Assembly (NCBI GenBank): GCA_030141605.1
Contig: JAQGDQ010000030.1
Span: 913,171 to 977,170, forward strand
Direction: 5' to 3'
DNA: 64,000 bases
DNA from: Tubiluchus corallicola
Lineage: Eukaryota > Animalia > Priapulida
The translations under genes were made by a program, and so were the position numbers. The notes below the pieces were generated by a model. The model was not told where the DNA came from and did no database searches. It worked only from the letters and a program-made list of their open reading frames with translations. Below are positions 27,201 to 40,753 of this stretch, one piece after another (position 1 is the first letter of the stretch; every line of letters starts with the position of its first letter).

Positions 27201-28269
27201 CTTGTAAAAGGTATAGCATCAGCAATTTACCAATTATTAGGCTAAAGAAATGCCGAAGTACAGAGCTTCCTGTCTCTGAAGTCTCTTCTAACTGACGAGT
27301 TTCTCATGCAATTGGTAAATAGCTCATTCACCACGAAGTAAAAAATTACTTTTAAAATGACTGTAACTGTGCTGTTTAGCTATTGTACACAGCATCGTAA
27401 ACTAACAAGGCAAGCAGATTTTGTTGCTTTCTTACATTCTTCCACCAGTGATGATTCTAACATATACAGTAGTAAGGCAAAGCTCACAAGTCAATACGCA
27501 ACTTTAACAAATAAGTCGTATAAAAGGAAGGTAAAACAAATACTATAAGAAGATGCAATTCAATGTTTCATGCAAGCACAAACAAGAAGCTAAAATGTAC
27601 AGAACGCTACAGTTATATTAATCATGTCCAAATGTATAACTAGAAGTCACATTGGCAAATTTAGTCCAGATTAAGACTTATCTCAACTTAGTTTGCATTT
27701 GCACACCAGTTTATAAAGCTATAGATAAAACTGAAAAGCATACATGCGGATTTTACCTGGTACACGAACAATGGTGATGTGACAAAAGCTCGGAGCAGAA
27801 TGGTTGTGCACATGATTGTTGCCCACCATGGTAGTTCAGTGATTAAGTGAAAACTTGTAAGTAACTGTTCAGCAACAATCACTGGTGTTGACTCCAGTGC
27901 AGCTTGAAAAAATGTAGAAGCATAACGGCAATGCAACTGTTGCACACTCACACCATGTTGCAGTAATGTTTCTCGACTCTGCAGCAATCGATGCGTGAGC
28001 ATCTGACTAGAAGTCATTTCACAAACTTTCAACTTTGAGCCACCATAGAGGTTTTCTCTAAAGATGTCATGAGCATCATTACGATTACTATAACATACTG
28101 AATATCGTAACACAAAGGCCCTTCTAACAGAATTGTTTTCATGACAGCATTTATAATGTATGCCACAAACCGACACAGCAACACTTTTATAGTCAAATCG
28201 CTTTAGTGCGTGTTTGGTGATGCCCAATGGCATGCGTGAAACTGATAGTGTAATAAGCATGCGAGCCAT
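21294..28269 (-). CDS. COX18: Cytochrome c oxidase assembly protein COX18 (Oxa1/YidC family insertase), about 402 aa
   Basis: Coding exons 28269-27757, 27150-27013, 24090-23827, 22305-22198 and 21479-21294, all phase-0 GT-AG introns. Motifs LPWWATI..TILLR...PL.VYQ, AKVENLKPE, IRENCHPFKASLVIWVQLPLW..ISFALRN, GGALWFPNL..DP.Y.LP, PS..CLYW..SS.FGLLQN and RRFCRIP match COX18. Confidence 0.93.
24109..25410. mobile_element. Solo LTR (1302 bp) with 5-bp target-site duplication
   Basis: Begins TGTAATGACC and ends GGCCATTACA (TG...CA termini, 9/10 inverted match). Flanked by TATGT at 24104-24108 and 25411-25415; GC content above the flanks; no long ORF. Confidence 0.8.
25846..26849. mobile_element. 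Non-autonomous Tc1/mariner (pogo/Tigger-like) DNA transposon
   Basis: Left end cgatagacaccgcttaatagactcac matches the reverse complement of the right end (cagtagacgccacttaatagactcac), about 26-bp TIRs, with TA on both sides. A related internal fragment (gcagagttatttgagtca...gcgg...tttttgag) recurs at about 36825-36905. Confidence 0.8.
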
Positions 28270-29562
28270 AGAACAAAGTTATAATACTACTGAATCAGCC
28301 TCTAATGGAAAATTCTGCAGACGCATCTGAGTCTTAAAAAAATTAAGCAATTTTGATACTGTTTTTCTTTACATAAGTCTGTTAACAACTGACAAGATAA
28401 GCCACAATCAAGGCATTTCATAGACAAACATAAGTTCACGTGCTGCATATCAAGATTTGCGCTGATACTGGAACCAATCGGGCTTAACTAATTATGAAGC
28501 TGACGCAATGTAACTGTCGCAAGCTCACTCCACTTGGCAGTAACAATTCTCTACTCTGCGGCAATCGAGCAGTTAGTTCTGACAAGAATTACTTTACCAA
28601 ATTTACTACCTCCAAATTAGTCTCAGGATGCAGACAACCAGGTACCTAAAATACAAAGGCAATACGTGTATAACAACCATTCAGAGTTCAAAAAATCAAA
28701 ATAGCATCTTTTGGACTAGAGATCTGAAATGCATTAGATATCACTATGATGTGATAAGATATGATAAAATTTATTCCGCCTTGTGTCAATTGCGCATTAC
28801 TAATTTCATTTGGCTCGGCATTAAAATATCTACTACAGAACATACAAAACTACAATATGTACTCATGAAGAATATATCATAAAATGAATGAAACAGGCAT
28901 CTAAAACAGTACACAAGGCACATCAAAAATCAGTCACAGAAAACAGTGCATAAGTGATGACCCACTTCAATTTTCAAAAAATTACTTGCAGTACTCAAAT
29001 TCGTGAGTATTGATTAACAGAATAAACATACACGTATCAAATTTTGTCACCAAAATGAAGTGACTAAAGCACAGCAAATGAAAAAAAGGAGAACAGAACC
29101 CATCTTGAAAATCTGGTACATGCTGAGAACTGAATTTAATACATTGCTTAGCCACTACATATAGTGCCTCAGAAGTATGGATGCACCTTGATTTCTACTT
29201 TTTCTCCTAAGTTTTCTACTAAGAAAACGGGTTAGCGCGTTATGTGCCCTACATAGTTTCTCTCTTTAAAGCAATGGATATTTAGTTTAATGTTATGATG
29301 ATATTAATGGAGCTAATAATAATGACGATATTGTTGCAAAAATACATTTGTAAATTGTCAAGGACTATCCATCATTATTATAGTTACTTTCTTTCTAAAA
29401 CAAATTTACTTTTATGTTTTAGTATGTCATAAATTTCGATTCTCTACAGAAATCCCTAGTGTCCTACTTGGGCTGCCCATGTACGACACTGTTTTTCCGC
29501 AAATTTAGCACATGCGTTTTGCCGGAAGTGTCCGACTTCGGCTAGTGGGTTACTCGGCGCCC

Positions 29563-29700
29563 TGTTGTTGTTGTTGTTGGCATCCTTCTGTCTCGGAAGA
29601 CAATGGAGTGTGCGCCAACAGAGTCACTTATTGATCACATTGATGGAGCTCCAGCGTCGACTGTAGCTGAGCAGTGCAATCCTTGAACGTCTCCAGGGTG
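29563..29700 (+). mobile_element. Short retroelement (RTE/SINE-like) fragment preceded by (TTG)n
   Basis: (GTT)5 followed by ggcatccttctgtctcggaagacaatggagtgtgcgcc, which resembles RTE-clade 5' regions as I recall them; not verified. Confidence 0.3.
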
Positions 29701-29848
29701 ATCAGACAAGAACCGGTGTTTTCAACGTGATATGACCGTTACAGATACAATTTTTATAGGGGAATGGAAACGCAAATTAAACTTAAGTGTATTTACCGCT
29801 TCATGCATCCATATTAACGAATATGTCTTTTAAATTCTCTTACCTTAC

Positions 29849-29945
29849 CTTCTATAACAAGACAATTAAAATCAAAATATGTAAAAAAACGCTTGTTTAT
29901 CTGCTCGATTCGCGCCATGTTAGAATAACAGCGCCGCCGCAGTCT
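29849..29945 (-). promoter_or_regulatory. Putative first exon/promoter of COX18 with YY1-like AACATGGCG
   Basis: Strong donor AAG|GTAAGG at 29848, a CpG-rich patch and a YY1-like motif at 29913-29921; an ETS-like CCGGAAGTG lies at 29522-29530. Confidence 0.5.
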
Positions 29946-30289
29946 CGTGAAGTCATTGTTGATGCAGACGATGCAGTGAACTTAGCAACCCCGTACAAAA
30001 AACAGTGCCTGTTGTATAATTTGCAGACGTACTTTGTTTTAGCAACTAAAGTTTAATTTGATACGGCTTCGCGTGACAGGTGTTTATACATACGCTTTTA
30101 CATACATACAATATTATTAACATAACACCTTACTGAGTTGCATTTTGACTACTAAACAGCGACTCATAACAATGTTTATAAAATGAAGCCATAAATTTCC
30201 ATCCATCTTTACCTGGTACTTTTGTTTAAAATCGTGCGTAGGTGCCACTTTTGCAAACAAGACTTTGAAGCTCAATCCAGATGACCTTG

Positions 30290-31620
30290 CTAACTACCGG
30301 CCGATTTCACTTTTCGAGAAATATAGGAATTAGCGCTCTGTGCCAGATTATCTAATTTCTGTAGTGCATAAACTGTAACTTGCTGAGCAGTTTTCAGTTT
30401 GATTTTCAAAAAACTATTCTACTACATTAGCAATTACCTGGCGAAATTATTGATAATATTCACTGTAATTATGGCATATTTTTAGATCTTTCTAACGTTT
30501 CCGACACAGTCCCACACATGAAATATTGCGAAATGAATTAGAAGATTATAGTATTAGTGGGTCCTCACTACAATTAAATCGTATTTACAAAGTAGGAAAC
30601 AAATTACTTTATAACTCTCCCTCGGAAATTACAGATACGTGTAAAGTGTGGTGTGCCACAAGGAACTACTGTTAAATTTGCCCCCTATTTTTCTCAATAT
30701 TGTATTAACGACATATCCAATTGTTCCAATTTTCAAGTCTGCTTATTTGCTGGCGACACAAATCTTTTTCTAGATGAGATTAACATCAGAAAATTACAGG
30801 TTAAGGTCAGTGCGGAACTAGCAAAAAACAATTAATAAATCCAAGCAAACAAGCTCACAGTTAATTATAATAAAACAAAATATACTATGTTAATCTCTAG
30901 CCGTCCTTGCACCATTCCTGACAACTTTTATATTTCCATGGGAAATCACCATCTCGCTGCAATGGTCAACATCAAAATTTAATAGCTTTGACTACACATT
31001 GACAGTACACTTTCCTGGAAAATCCTTGATAAAATTTATAATTATTTTTATAAACTATATAAACTTGTCGGTATTTTCTGCAAACCGAGGTATTTTCTTG
31101 ATTGGTATTGGAATGCTATTTAAGTCACCAGTCCTCCATAAATTCCCTTATTTTTGTTTTGCATATTATGCTAGGGCTTAGCCAATTCAACCACCTTAAA
31201 ACCTTTAAAAAGTGTACAGATTAAATTAATAAAAATTATAACTTTTGCTAGCTTTCACGATCATGTCACTCCTGCGTTTATTAAAAGTTTTAATTACAAC
31301 TGTTAAAAATACATGACATTCACGAATTGGAACTGATTAAATTTATGTATCGATGTAAAAAAATACTTTATCTGAAATATTTGAATATTACTTTAAGCCA
31401 TGCACTTACTGAAGTCCACCAACACTCCACTAGATCAGCAAACAGTTAAGGGCCATTACTTTACCCCAAGGTATGGTTCAACTCATGGAATCAACACTAT
31501 CAAATTTCAAGGCGTAAAAATCTGGAACTCATTAGATCCCAGTATTAAAAAATGCATATCCACGTGCAGTTCAAGTAAAAAAGTTGTCAAATTACTTCTC
31601 TCTAATTATGCTAATAATTA
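30290..31620 (+). mobile_element. Decayed LINE reverse-transcriptase relic (L2/CR1-group)
   Basis: Fragmented frames give NYRPISL, IFLDLS..SDTV.H, CGVPQG, CINDI, LFAGDTNLF and, at the 3' end, IKFQGVKIWNSL; many stops and frameshifts. Confidence 0.8.
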
Positions 31621-32579
31621 GGTGACACATACGTCTTCATATACTACATTTACATTTGCATTTTTACTTCTACAATTACATTTATCTAATCAATAACTAA
31701 TTATATTTACAAAGCGCTTGCCGTTAATTATTATAATTATTGTTGTATGAATTTGTGTTTCTACTGCAGGTAAAACTATGGGTCATCTCAGAACAACGTT
31801 CAATTTGTTCTCTCATTATTTTTTGTAGAAAATATGCTTTAGTCATATATTTAAAGCAAAACCGGACCCAATCTTAAGCTGTAGATTAAAACAATCTACA
31901 CTTTAAAATATTCATAGGAAACATACTATTTTTCAAAAGTGACTTACGTGACTGAATTATTACCACGCAAACATAATTTTGCGTTCGCGCCACTAGTTCT
32001 TCGCTGTTACGTGCATTCGCCATTCATTAGTTAGACGGGCAGCAGCGTCTGCATTTCGGAGAAGCGCATTGCGCAAAAAGCAGGTGCTGTACCTCTCAGT
32101 TCAGATGTGTTAGTTACTGACGAACTACACACATTCGACAGCTCATGCGTGAGCACAGCAGTAAATTTTAAATTCGAATTTTTATCTTAAAACTTGCCTA
32201 GTTTTAGTACAACTCACTGAATATGTTACAATAGCACTGCACTTCAATTTTCGCTTTTGCAAACACGTGCAACACACTCATGGAACATTTTTGCTGTTGA
32301 AAATTATGTTAGTTTTTGATGTTATCTTTAGTTGGGCTCGCCCGCCTTTAATTAGGTTTTCAATCTATTAGTTATTTATCAGAAACGCTGTTCATAAAAA
32401 TAAACTTGATTTGGTTTAATTTGTGAGGAAGCGAAAGACAATATCTACACAAATCTTAGTCCAGAAAACTTCAGACCATATATAATATAAAAAATGTTAA
32501 CTACTGGTTGAACATACAAGTAGCGTAATCGACAAGGAAATGTACAATGCTCAAAAAACGAAAAATCTAGATGTTGATA

Positions 32580-32890
32580 ATTCTCTTAATTAATTGTTTT
32601 ATAACACAGCCATTTCTTCTGTTCTAAATTACTGTAATGTGGCTTTTCCATATACTCACTAAATACCTTAAAATTGATTTAGAAAGGCTAAAGGAAAAAT
32701 GCATTATGTTCGCTGGACGTATAATAAAGTATGTTCCTGAACATGTTAAACAAAATTATAGCAGATAGATTTCATCCTCTAAATAAAGAATTTGCGTTTC
32801 TCCCACACAAAATGAGATTAAATGTACCCTTCTTAAGAACAAATCGCTCTAAATTTTCATTTGTTCCCAATTCAACCAAAGCATCCACTC
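32580..32890 (+). mobile_element. 3' fragment of another LINE
   Basis: Peptide HPLNKEFAFLPH.MRL..P..RTNRSKFSFVP resembles the C-terminal RTxRxKxSFxP motif of LINE ORF2 proteins. Confidence 0.5.
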
Positions 32891-33079
32891 ATTTACTTGG
32901 TTTCACTCTCATGTACATAAGATGTTATTCAAAAGTACTTCAAAACATCTGAAGCACTCATCAATGGAATTTCGGAAAGTTTATGAGAAGAACCTTGTAC
33001 AGAGTGTAAGAACTAATCCAATGATGGTATTCAGTTACACGGAACAATTTGACCAGCCACTAAAAGTTGATGAGACAAA

Positions 33080-34420
33080 TATGAAAGGTCCCGATGAAGT
33101 TCATCCCACCACTTTGAAGAATTGTGCAGAAACACTGGCAAAACCATTTTCCCTATTGTTCAGGAAGTCTATAGATTGTGCTTCTCTGCCTCACGATTGG
33201 CAGTGATGCAAATGTTTCTCCTATGCCAAAGAAAGGTCCTAAAGTGCTCACTAATCATTGTTAAGTTTAATTAATTAACAGTGTAGTTAAGACATTAGAA
33301 CGTTTAATTCAACAGCCACTTATGAACTTCTGCATGGAAGAAAATCTTATTAACTCTAGAAACCATGGTTTTCAAAAGGAAAGTCGTGCAGAACCAATCT
33401 TGTGGAAGTTCTTGATTAATGGACATCAGTATGTGATAATTTGGGGGAGGGCATGGACGTGATTTATCTGGATTCAGCAAAGCACTTGGCACGCAAGTGA
33501 CTATTAGCTAAGTTGTATTTCTCAGGTATCAGAGGCAAACTTCTAAAGTGGATCGAAGCAATTTTGTCAAATCATAGACAATGAGTAGTAATCAGCGGAA
33601 CATCTTCTAGGTGGTGTTCTATTTCTAATGGCATTCCCCAAGAATCAATACTGGGTCCCATTTTATTGCCACTCTTCGCCAATGATTTATCAGATTCAGT
33701 TGCTTCAGAAATTAGTATGCTTGCTGACGACACAAAAATCCATTGTCGAGTTCTGACAATAGAAGATTCGTACATTTACAACAACATTTACTTCATCTGG
33801 GAGCCTGGTCTGATAAATGGCTGCTACAGTTTAATGCAGATAAGTGTGCAGTGCTACAGCTTAAAGCTCACATCTTATCACATTATTATTTGTTTCACAG
33901 TTACACATGTTTCAGAACATAAAGACCTAGGTGGAATTATATCTAATGATCTGAAGCCTGCTGCACACATCACCAACCTTTGCAAGAAGGCAAATCGGAT
34001 GAGCGACTATTAGTGTATTCTACACAATATTCTAGTGTAGAAAGGTCACCACTGTTACAATTTAACATCTGAAAGTGCAAGAAGAGATTGCAGAAAGTCC
34101 AAGATAGGTGCCTGCAAATATGTCATGCAGCTGATTTGCACCTGAGATTTGTTCACTCCAACAGAGAAGAGAAACAGCTGACTTGCATGAGGTATTCAAG
34201 TACATAAATGGGGACAACCATGTTAGCTGTGATACACTATTTAAGGCTGCACCTCTGCTGTCAACTCGCATTCATTCTAAGAAACTGTATTAACCTTATG
34301 CAAGAACTGATTGTAAAAGTTCATTTTTTCACACTGTGTAGTGAACAAATGGGACAGTTTGCCAGAAAGAGTTGTTAATGCACTGAATTTAAACCTTTTT
34401 AAGGAGAGATTGATTTAAGG
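33080..34420 (+). mobile_element. Decayed CR1-like LINE ORF2 relic
   Basis: Ordered motifs GPDEVHP, LAKPFSLLFRKS..LPHDW, ANVSPMPKKG, HGF, DVIYLDSAKA, GIPQESILGP, MLADDTKI, KDLGGIISNDLK and VVNKWDSLPE.VV, disrupted by frameshifts and stops. Confidence 0.88.
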
Positions 34421-35211
34421 CTTCACGATAGGCATGCTTTAAGAAGCAAAATTATAATAAAAGATTATGAAAGATTAAAATATTCAATCAATAGGAACTA
34501 AACACTTTTCATTTTTAAGTTTTATTTTAATTGTAACAGTTAGATCTATCTGTTCAGTTGAACATAACTAATCTGTGCAAAGCACAAAAGAAAGTTTCAT
34601 GTAAACCAATAGTATAATAATTATGACCAGTAAAGATGTCTATGTCTTAGTAAGCAACGTTTGGAAGGCCTTTACCTTTAATACCAGATTATACAGACAA
34701 CATCACATACATTACGTCTAATAGAAAGGAACTTCTCAGAAGAAGAATGACATAAAATTTAATAATAAATAATAATAAAAAAGATTCAAAAAATAATTAT
34801 TCGGATTTAATTCAAACGAAGTTCGTTAGTTCAAATTTGATTCGAAGCTTAAGTTTATAGGTGTAAATAATTTAGCATTTCAAATATATTCATTTTTTAT
34901 CTTTAAAACGTTTGAAACATCATGCAGTCAGCACAATTTGGCTGTTAATTTTGTGCATATTTTCAGACGAGTTACGAATTTTGTTTTTTACTGCAGTATC
35001 AGATCAAGTAATATGCATAATCTTTGTGAGATTGCCTTATATTAATGATTCGAAAATTAATTCTTAACCCTAACTAACAGATGAACATGGATGACAATCA
35101 GCGTATTTGAACTGAAATAATTATGACTATTGAATGTAATGAGCAAACAATCAGGAAAATACTAACACTAGCATATATAATGTCTAACACTGTGTTATTA
35201 TTATATATTCT

Positions 35212-35295
35212 GTGGCGTGGGGTGAAGTGTACATAGTATTACAACTGTAAAGTGCCATCCCCAGACCCACATTATGGTGGTTCGATCCATTACGA
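35212..35295 (+). mobile_element. Possible tRNA-derived SINE head
   Basis: A-box-like TGGCGTGGGGTG about 65 nt upstream of a B box GGTTCGATCC (35279-35288); no convincing cloverleaf. Confidence 0.3.
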
Positions 35296-38200
35296 AGCCA
35301 TATCAACATTTCATAGCTGCTATAAGTATATATGGTATGGAATAGCCGTGCCGGTTCAACTGGCTGATGTGATTTACATCTCAGCAACCCTTCCGTCGAA
35401 CTAGCATTGAGCACAGACAAAAGTTTATTTGATAAAAATCGTTGTTCTCTTTCAATTTATTATAAAGTGATGTAGACTAACTAATCCACACCATCAGCTC
35501 AACATTACAACATTATTAAAGTACTTAATCATTGGCACTAACTAAAATGCTGAGAGACAATTTTTACTGAATGTTTTTTTAACTTTTTTTAACTGGAGGA
35601 AAAGAGACCAATGAGAATGTAGGCTACTGATCTGTATTGAAATGACCAGTTCGTGAGACCTCTAGAATGCATACTAAATGGAGATCTTTGCATGAGTTAG
35701 ACAGTGATTTTTTCGAGTCACTCCAATAATCATACCTGGCGTGCTAACAAGCTGTGAAAAGTGCACAGAACGAATTGAGGCTTCGATCAACAGCAGGACA
35801 TTATAAGGTGTGCTCAGAAAATCAGGCGGAATTAACATTGATTGGTTGCCTTGCTTGCTGTTTCGCGGCCTATCCACACACAAATGCAGAAAATTTGGAA
35901 CGTTAAATATACCAGCCCCTCGCGCACAACGCTCAATAAAACTTTCTACATAATTTTAGCAACCCGATTACTTGACGGAAACAGGTCGTCAAGAAAGCAC
36001 AAGTCGCGTATAATTAAATGCAGTGCATTCGTTTCAACCGGAACTTAACAGAAACACTAGCGCCTCGAGTGATAAACCTCTCCCTGACTTGAATTTGAGT
36101 CATCTGCGTCTTTTTTAATTATTTGAAAGTTTATTATTGTTTGTTTGACTCGTAACTTTTAGTGTCAGTAATTGAATGAGACGAAATTATTTTCATGATG
36201 TTCATACCAAAAACAAGTAAAAGTGAGTGTTAAGTTGTTTGGGTTTGTCGACTTATCAGTTGCAACCTCAATTTTTGACTTCATCATAATTCATACTGTA
36301 ACTTTTGCATTGTACTTTGTAGTCCACCTGATCATCGTAGTTACCCCATAATACCGCACCGTTAATCGCTCACAGATCTGACCTAATTAATGCTATAGAG
36401 GTTATTATTAGTTTCGTTTTTAGATAATACTAGATATAAACTGAGGCAGGAAGTATCCAAATTTGTATGTATTTTATAATTTACTTGGTAGTCTGTAAAT
36501 ATAAGAGGGGTCTGATATTAGGGTGTGCCATCATTAATGGTATGGTTACAGGAAAAGTTAAGGGTCAGACAGCCTTAAGTTAATGTTAATATGTACAATT
36601 TAAAGCAGGGATGAGAATTTTCCGCGGTACGCGGATTTCCGAGTTTTTGAAAGACCAGTAGTGCCATTTTTGTAAATCTCGTAAATTCGTTGAGAAAATT
36701 TTTATGGACCCAGTACATTATTTCACATGCTGACCACTAGTTGGCTGGCCGTCACTTTGTTTACATCACGTACATCAGTGCAACCAAGTGTATATCTCTA
36801 TGTATAAAAATATGGAATCAATTGTGCAGAGTTATTTGAGTCAATTGCAGACAGTTTTTATATACTGGCATAGCAGCGGCTAGTACTTAGATGTTTTTGA
36901 GACAATTAGGTATCATGTATCCTTGATAGTTGGGTATTTTAAATTATGCATGAAACAAGGTAACTGGTATTTTAAGTCCACTTAGAGGCTCTCTATGGTC
37001 ACAAAATTGCGATTTGCCCCCAAACCCCCGGCCTGTTTCAGAGCTTTTGCAATTTGTCATTCTCATCCTTGATTTAAAGATGTTATTAAACTTTCTACTG
37101 TCAAGCGAATCCTTCCATGGTCGTGTTTGAAATTTGTGATTTAAGCTGGTCAACTTTTTGGCCTCAACACGAGTATGTCAATAAAAGTGGACAAATTTCT
37201 GCAGCTTGGTTCAAGAAGTTGAAGCACAAGAAGACACTCTCTATAAACAAAGTTTAAAAAATTTGTCCTGAAATTTTATATTTGCAGTTAAAAATATTCA
37301 AAGCATTCAGAAGCATCATAGCATACTTTTTGCTAGCTAAACTAAAGTTTAAAGTACTTTTTATTGTCAAACATGATCATGAATGCATTTTTTGATGAAT
37401 CATTGGTGAGTACTGAACTGACGATGCCATGTCATTTTACAAAGTGACACAAATATTTCAAATTATTAAGAATTTTCTTTTCTGATGTTAAGTAATATAG
37501 CATTGTTTGGAAAGTTCTTTGGGATATACTTTCATATTCTTTTCTCTTCCCCTTTCATGTTCATTCAGAAATACCACGAACCCTTTTATCTAAGTTTATA
37601 TAAAATTTGTTATAGGCCTTTCTTGACGACTTTTACAGTACGCTGCTAACCTTGAAATAATAACTACATAAACTGGTTTCTTAAACACATGGCATCCTTA
37701 TCATACTTAAACATTATTGCCAAAACTCTTAATGTTTTTTTGTGAACCTTAAAAGAAACCTTCCGAAAGCGTTCTGGAAAGTGTGGATGCACCGAGTGTT
37801 TAGAATGCCAAATTTTCTTAGGAATATCAGTACTAAAATCAGTCTGGTAAGAAACAGCTGTGTAAGCAAAATGTTAGGTAATGTACGGTATACCAAAGCT
37901 GCTTCTTAACAATTGTCCCATTGATGATTCGTGAAAAGTACATTAATTGTACCAAATATGCCTACAACTTGCAAAAAATTATCTGAAGAAAGTGAACACT
38001 GCACGAAACTACGATACACTGCTCATACCCAAGTCTTGCTAATACACAATTATATTTTTTGCATATATCTAGGTGGCTTCAATTTCTTTTTAGTTCTAAT
38101 GTGTGGATATATTGATCAGTTAACTGCATTATCAAAAAATCAGTTCTGTCTAGGCTTTGGTTTGGTTGCACCCAAACAAAAAAAGCGTCAGTTTCGGTTC

Positions 38201-40753
38201 GATCCATTGTGTCTATTAAAATGTGCTTTTGATGCTCCTATGGAAACCAGGTAAAAGCATAGCGAACGCCCCCCATGGGATTTTAGCGGCGAAAATAAAT
38301 TTAAGACCTAGGTGTTTCATTTTACTTAAGAAACAATTCCAATTGATTAATTTAACATGATGTACTAATCGTGCTGCATAATTTCCAAAAGTTTCACCTG
38401 TCTGTCATTATAAGTAAAAATTTTGCAGCATTTTGAATACAGTACCATGTACCTGTTTTTGTATGTAATAAAGGTCAATAAAGGTAACGTAATAAACATA
38501 AATGTAATAAAGTCCTAAGTAGTTTGTCTTTTTAATTTTGATTGGGAGTGTTTTGGCATCATGGCATTCTATATACATGTACCTGTTTGTTATACATATT
38601 TGTTTAGTGTTCTGAGTGAATAAATCATATATGATCAACAGTCAGTTTCATAACTCATGCTATTGTTAATTATTAACTTGCAGCAGTCACAATTGTTTAC
38701 TAATTAATAGCTTTTGGAATCAATATTGGCTAGAAAATTTTTGATTTTGTTCTCAAAAAAAAAGATGTGGTTTCCCAGCCTGGATGAATATTAGCTACCC
38801 GAGCGAGACCAAATTGAATTCATTTGTCCAGAATTTGTTTTATACCAAAAATATCAGAATGCACTAAATTTTTGCGGAGTCGTTGTTTCAGTTTGGATAT
38901 TTTTCATCAGTAACGCTGGCATAATTCCTTTCTCTGGAATCTAGAATATTCAACACAAATGTAAATATTTGTAACAATTTATGTTTACATTGTATATTCC
39001 TCTTCTTGTGCTAAATACCTTATTTGTTTGTATTATCAGCCTAGTTTACTGTACGTTAAAATCTGTATTTATAAGCATTTCCGTAAACCTTTTGCATAGT
39101 ACAAGATAGCCAGTTTTGTCATATTCGCTTTAACAGATGCATGGCCGCTTTGTCACTCTTGACCTAAACAGAACCATTTTCCATTAGAAAAGATATGAAA
39201 ATCAAACATGAAACTTGAAGGCTATTGGTCATCGATCTTATATTTTAGTTTGCAAGGCATAATTGAAAGGAGCATTTAAAGTTGTTAGTGGTCTCTTAGT
39301 TACACTTTTTGTAGTAACAAAAAAGGAAGTTTTGAGCCATCTATTCGGTGAAGCTGTGAAGGTTTATGATTGCATGCGCTTGAAAACTTTTTGTTTTGTT
39401 CTGGCTTTGTCTGATCAGCTTAAGATCTCTGGGAATTCCTAGCAAATTAGTTAAATGAGTGTAAATCTGCAAATGGTGTATTTTCATTCATGAACAGAGG
39501 GTATTTTACATTTTTGAGAAGCGAGAACTCATTTTACTTTGATGAACTGGGGAGTTAAGTAGGGACCTACCAATTACATTTCAGGAATTGATAATTTGTT
39601 TAATAATAATAATAATGATAATGAAAACTAGCTGTCTAAATGTTGCAAATAACCAGTGGCTTACTTGCTATATGTAATTGTAAAGCACATTATTTGAAAA
39701 ATGCCAAGTATCGTTCAGTGAAGGAGCATAGTGACACACTGTATAGTGAATTATTTTACAATCATAATATTTGCTCTAGCCAGACAGTCTCATGTTTTAT
39801 GTTTAAACTAATTTGCACTAGGGTGCATGTTTAGCCTCAGTAGCAGCCTCTAGTGCATATTTAGTAGCAATTATGCATTTAACGGTCTATATTTCTGTTT
39901 CACCTACAGGAAGGTCAAAGGACTGAGTTCACGTTTGTTGTTTAAACAGCTGCCATTATATGCGATAAGCATCAGTGGAATCTATTTGAATGTTCTTTAT
40001 GTGCTAAGTTTTGTATCTCAACAAGTTTTTTTATGTACAACTTTGTCTAATTTTTTTCAGTAATGGTAATGAACTGGTACTCTGTTAACTAATTGAAAAC
40101 ATTGTAGACAAAATAAATGAAAAATAAGTTGTACTACAAAAATAGAAAACAAATAGTACTACAATAATTAAAAGGCAAGCCTAACTTTTTATGCAAACAC
40201 TTGTGAGAAGTACATAATTCTTACACAGATTTGATGAACAATGGAGCTCAGTTGTTTTTAGTGGTATGGTTCCGGGTTTTCTTGGGCTATTGATGTGTCA
40301 TTCTGTTCTGTATTGATTATTGTACAAGTTATAAAGCTCAAAATTAACACAAATTGATTTTTTACATTTTGCTTTCTGTTTTTTTCTGCTCTGTGCTCTC
40401 ATCTGCCATGCAAAAACTTGATTCATTGTTGCTGGATTTGAATTTGTCTATGATCATTAGATTTTTTTGAACAACAATTTTTTTACTTCAAATCGGATTT
40501 TGTTTGCCAGTATAACTTTCTAATACGTATATGAATACTAATGCAAACAGTACTAGTTGTAGTATAGCCATACGTACAACAGAACTTCACTTTGTGTTTT
40601 GCATACTGATCATAAAATTTGTGCACTGTCTACTTGATGTAGCTAATTTCTATTTTATTCTATCAGGTGGTGCTGATCAGAAACCCATCCAGAAGATGTT
40701 GACTGTTTTTTGATATTTACACCAAAGTTGCCAGTGTTGCTGCTGCTGCTAAC

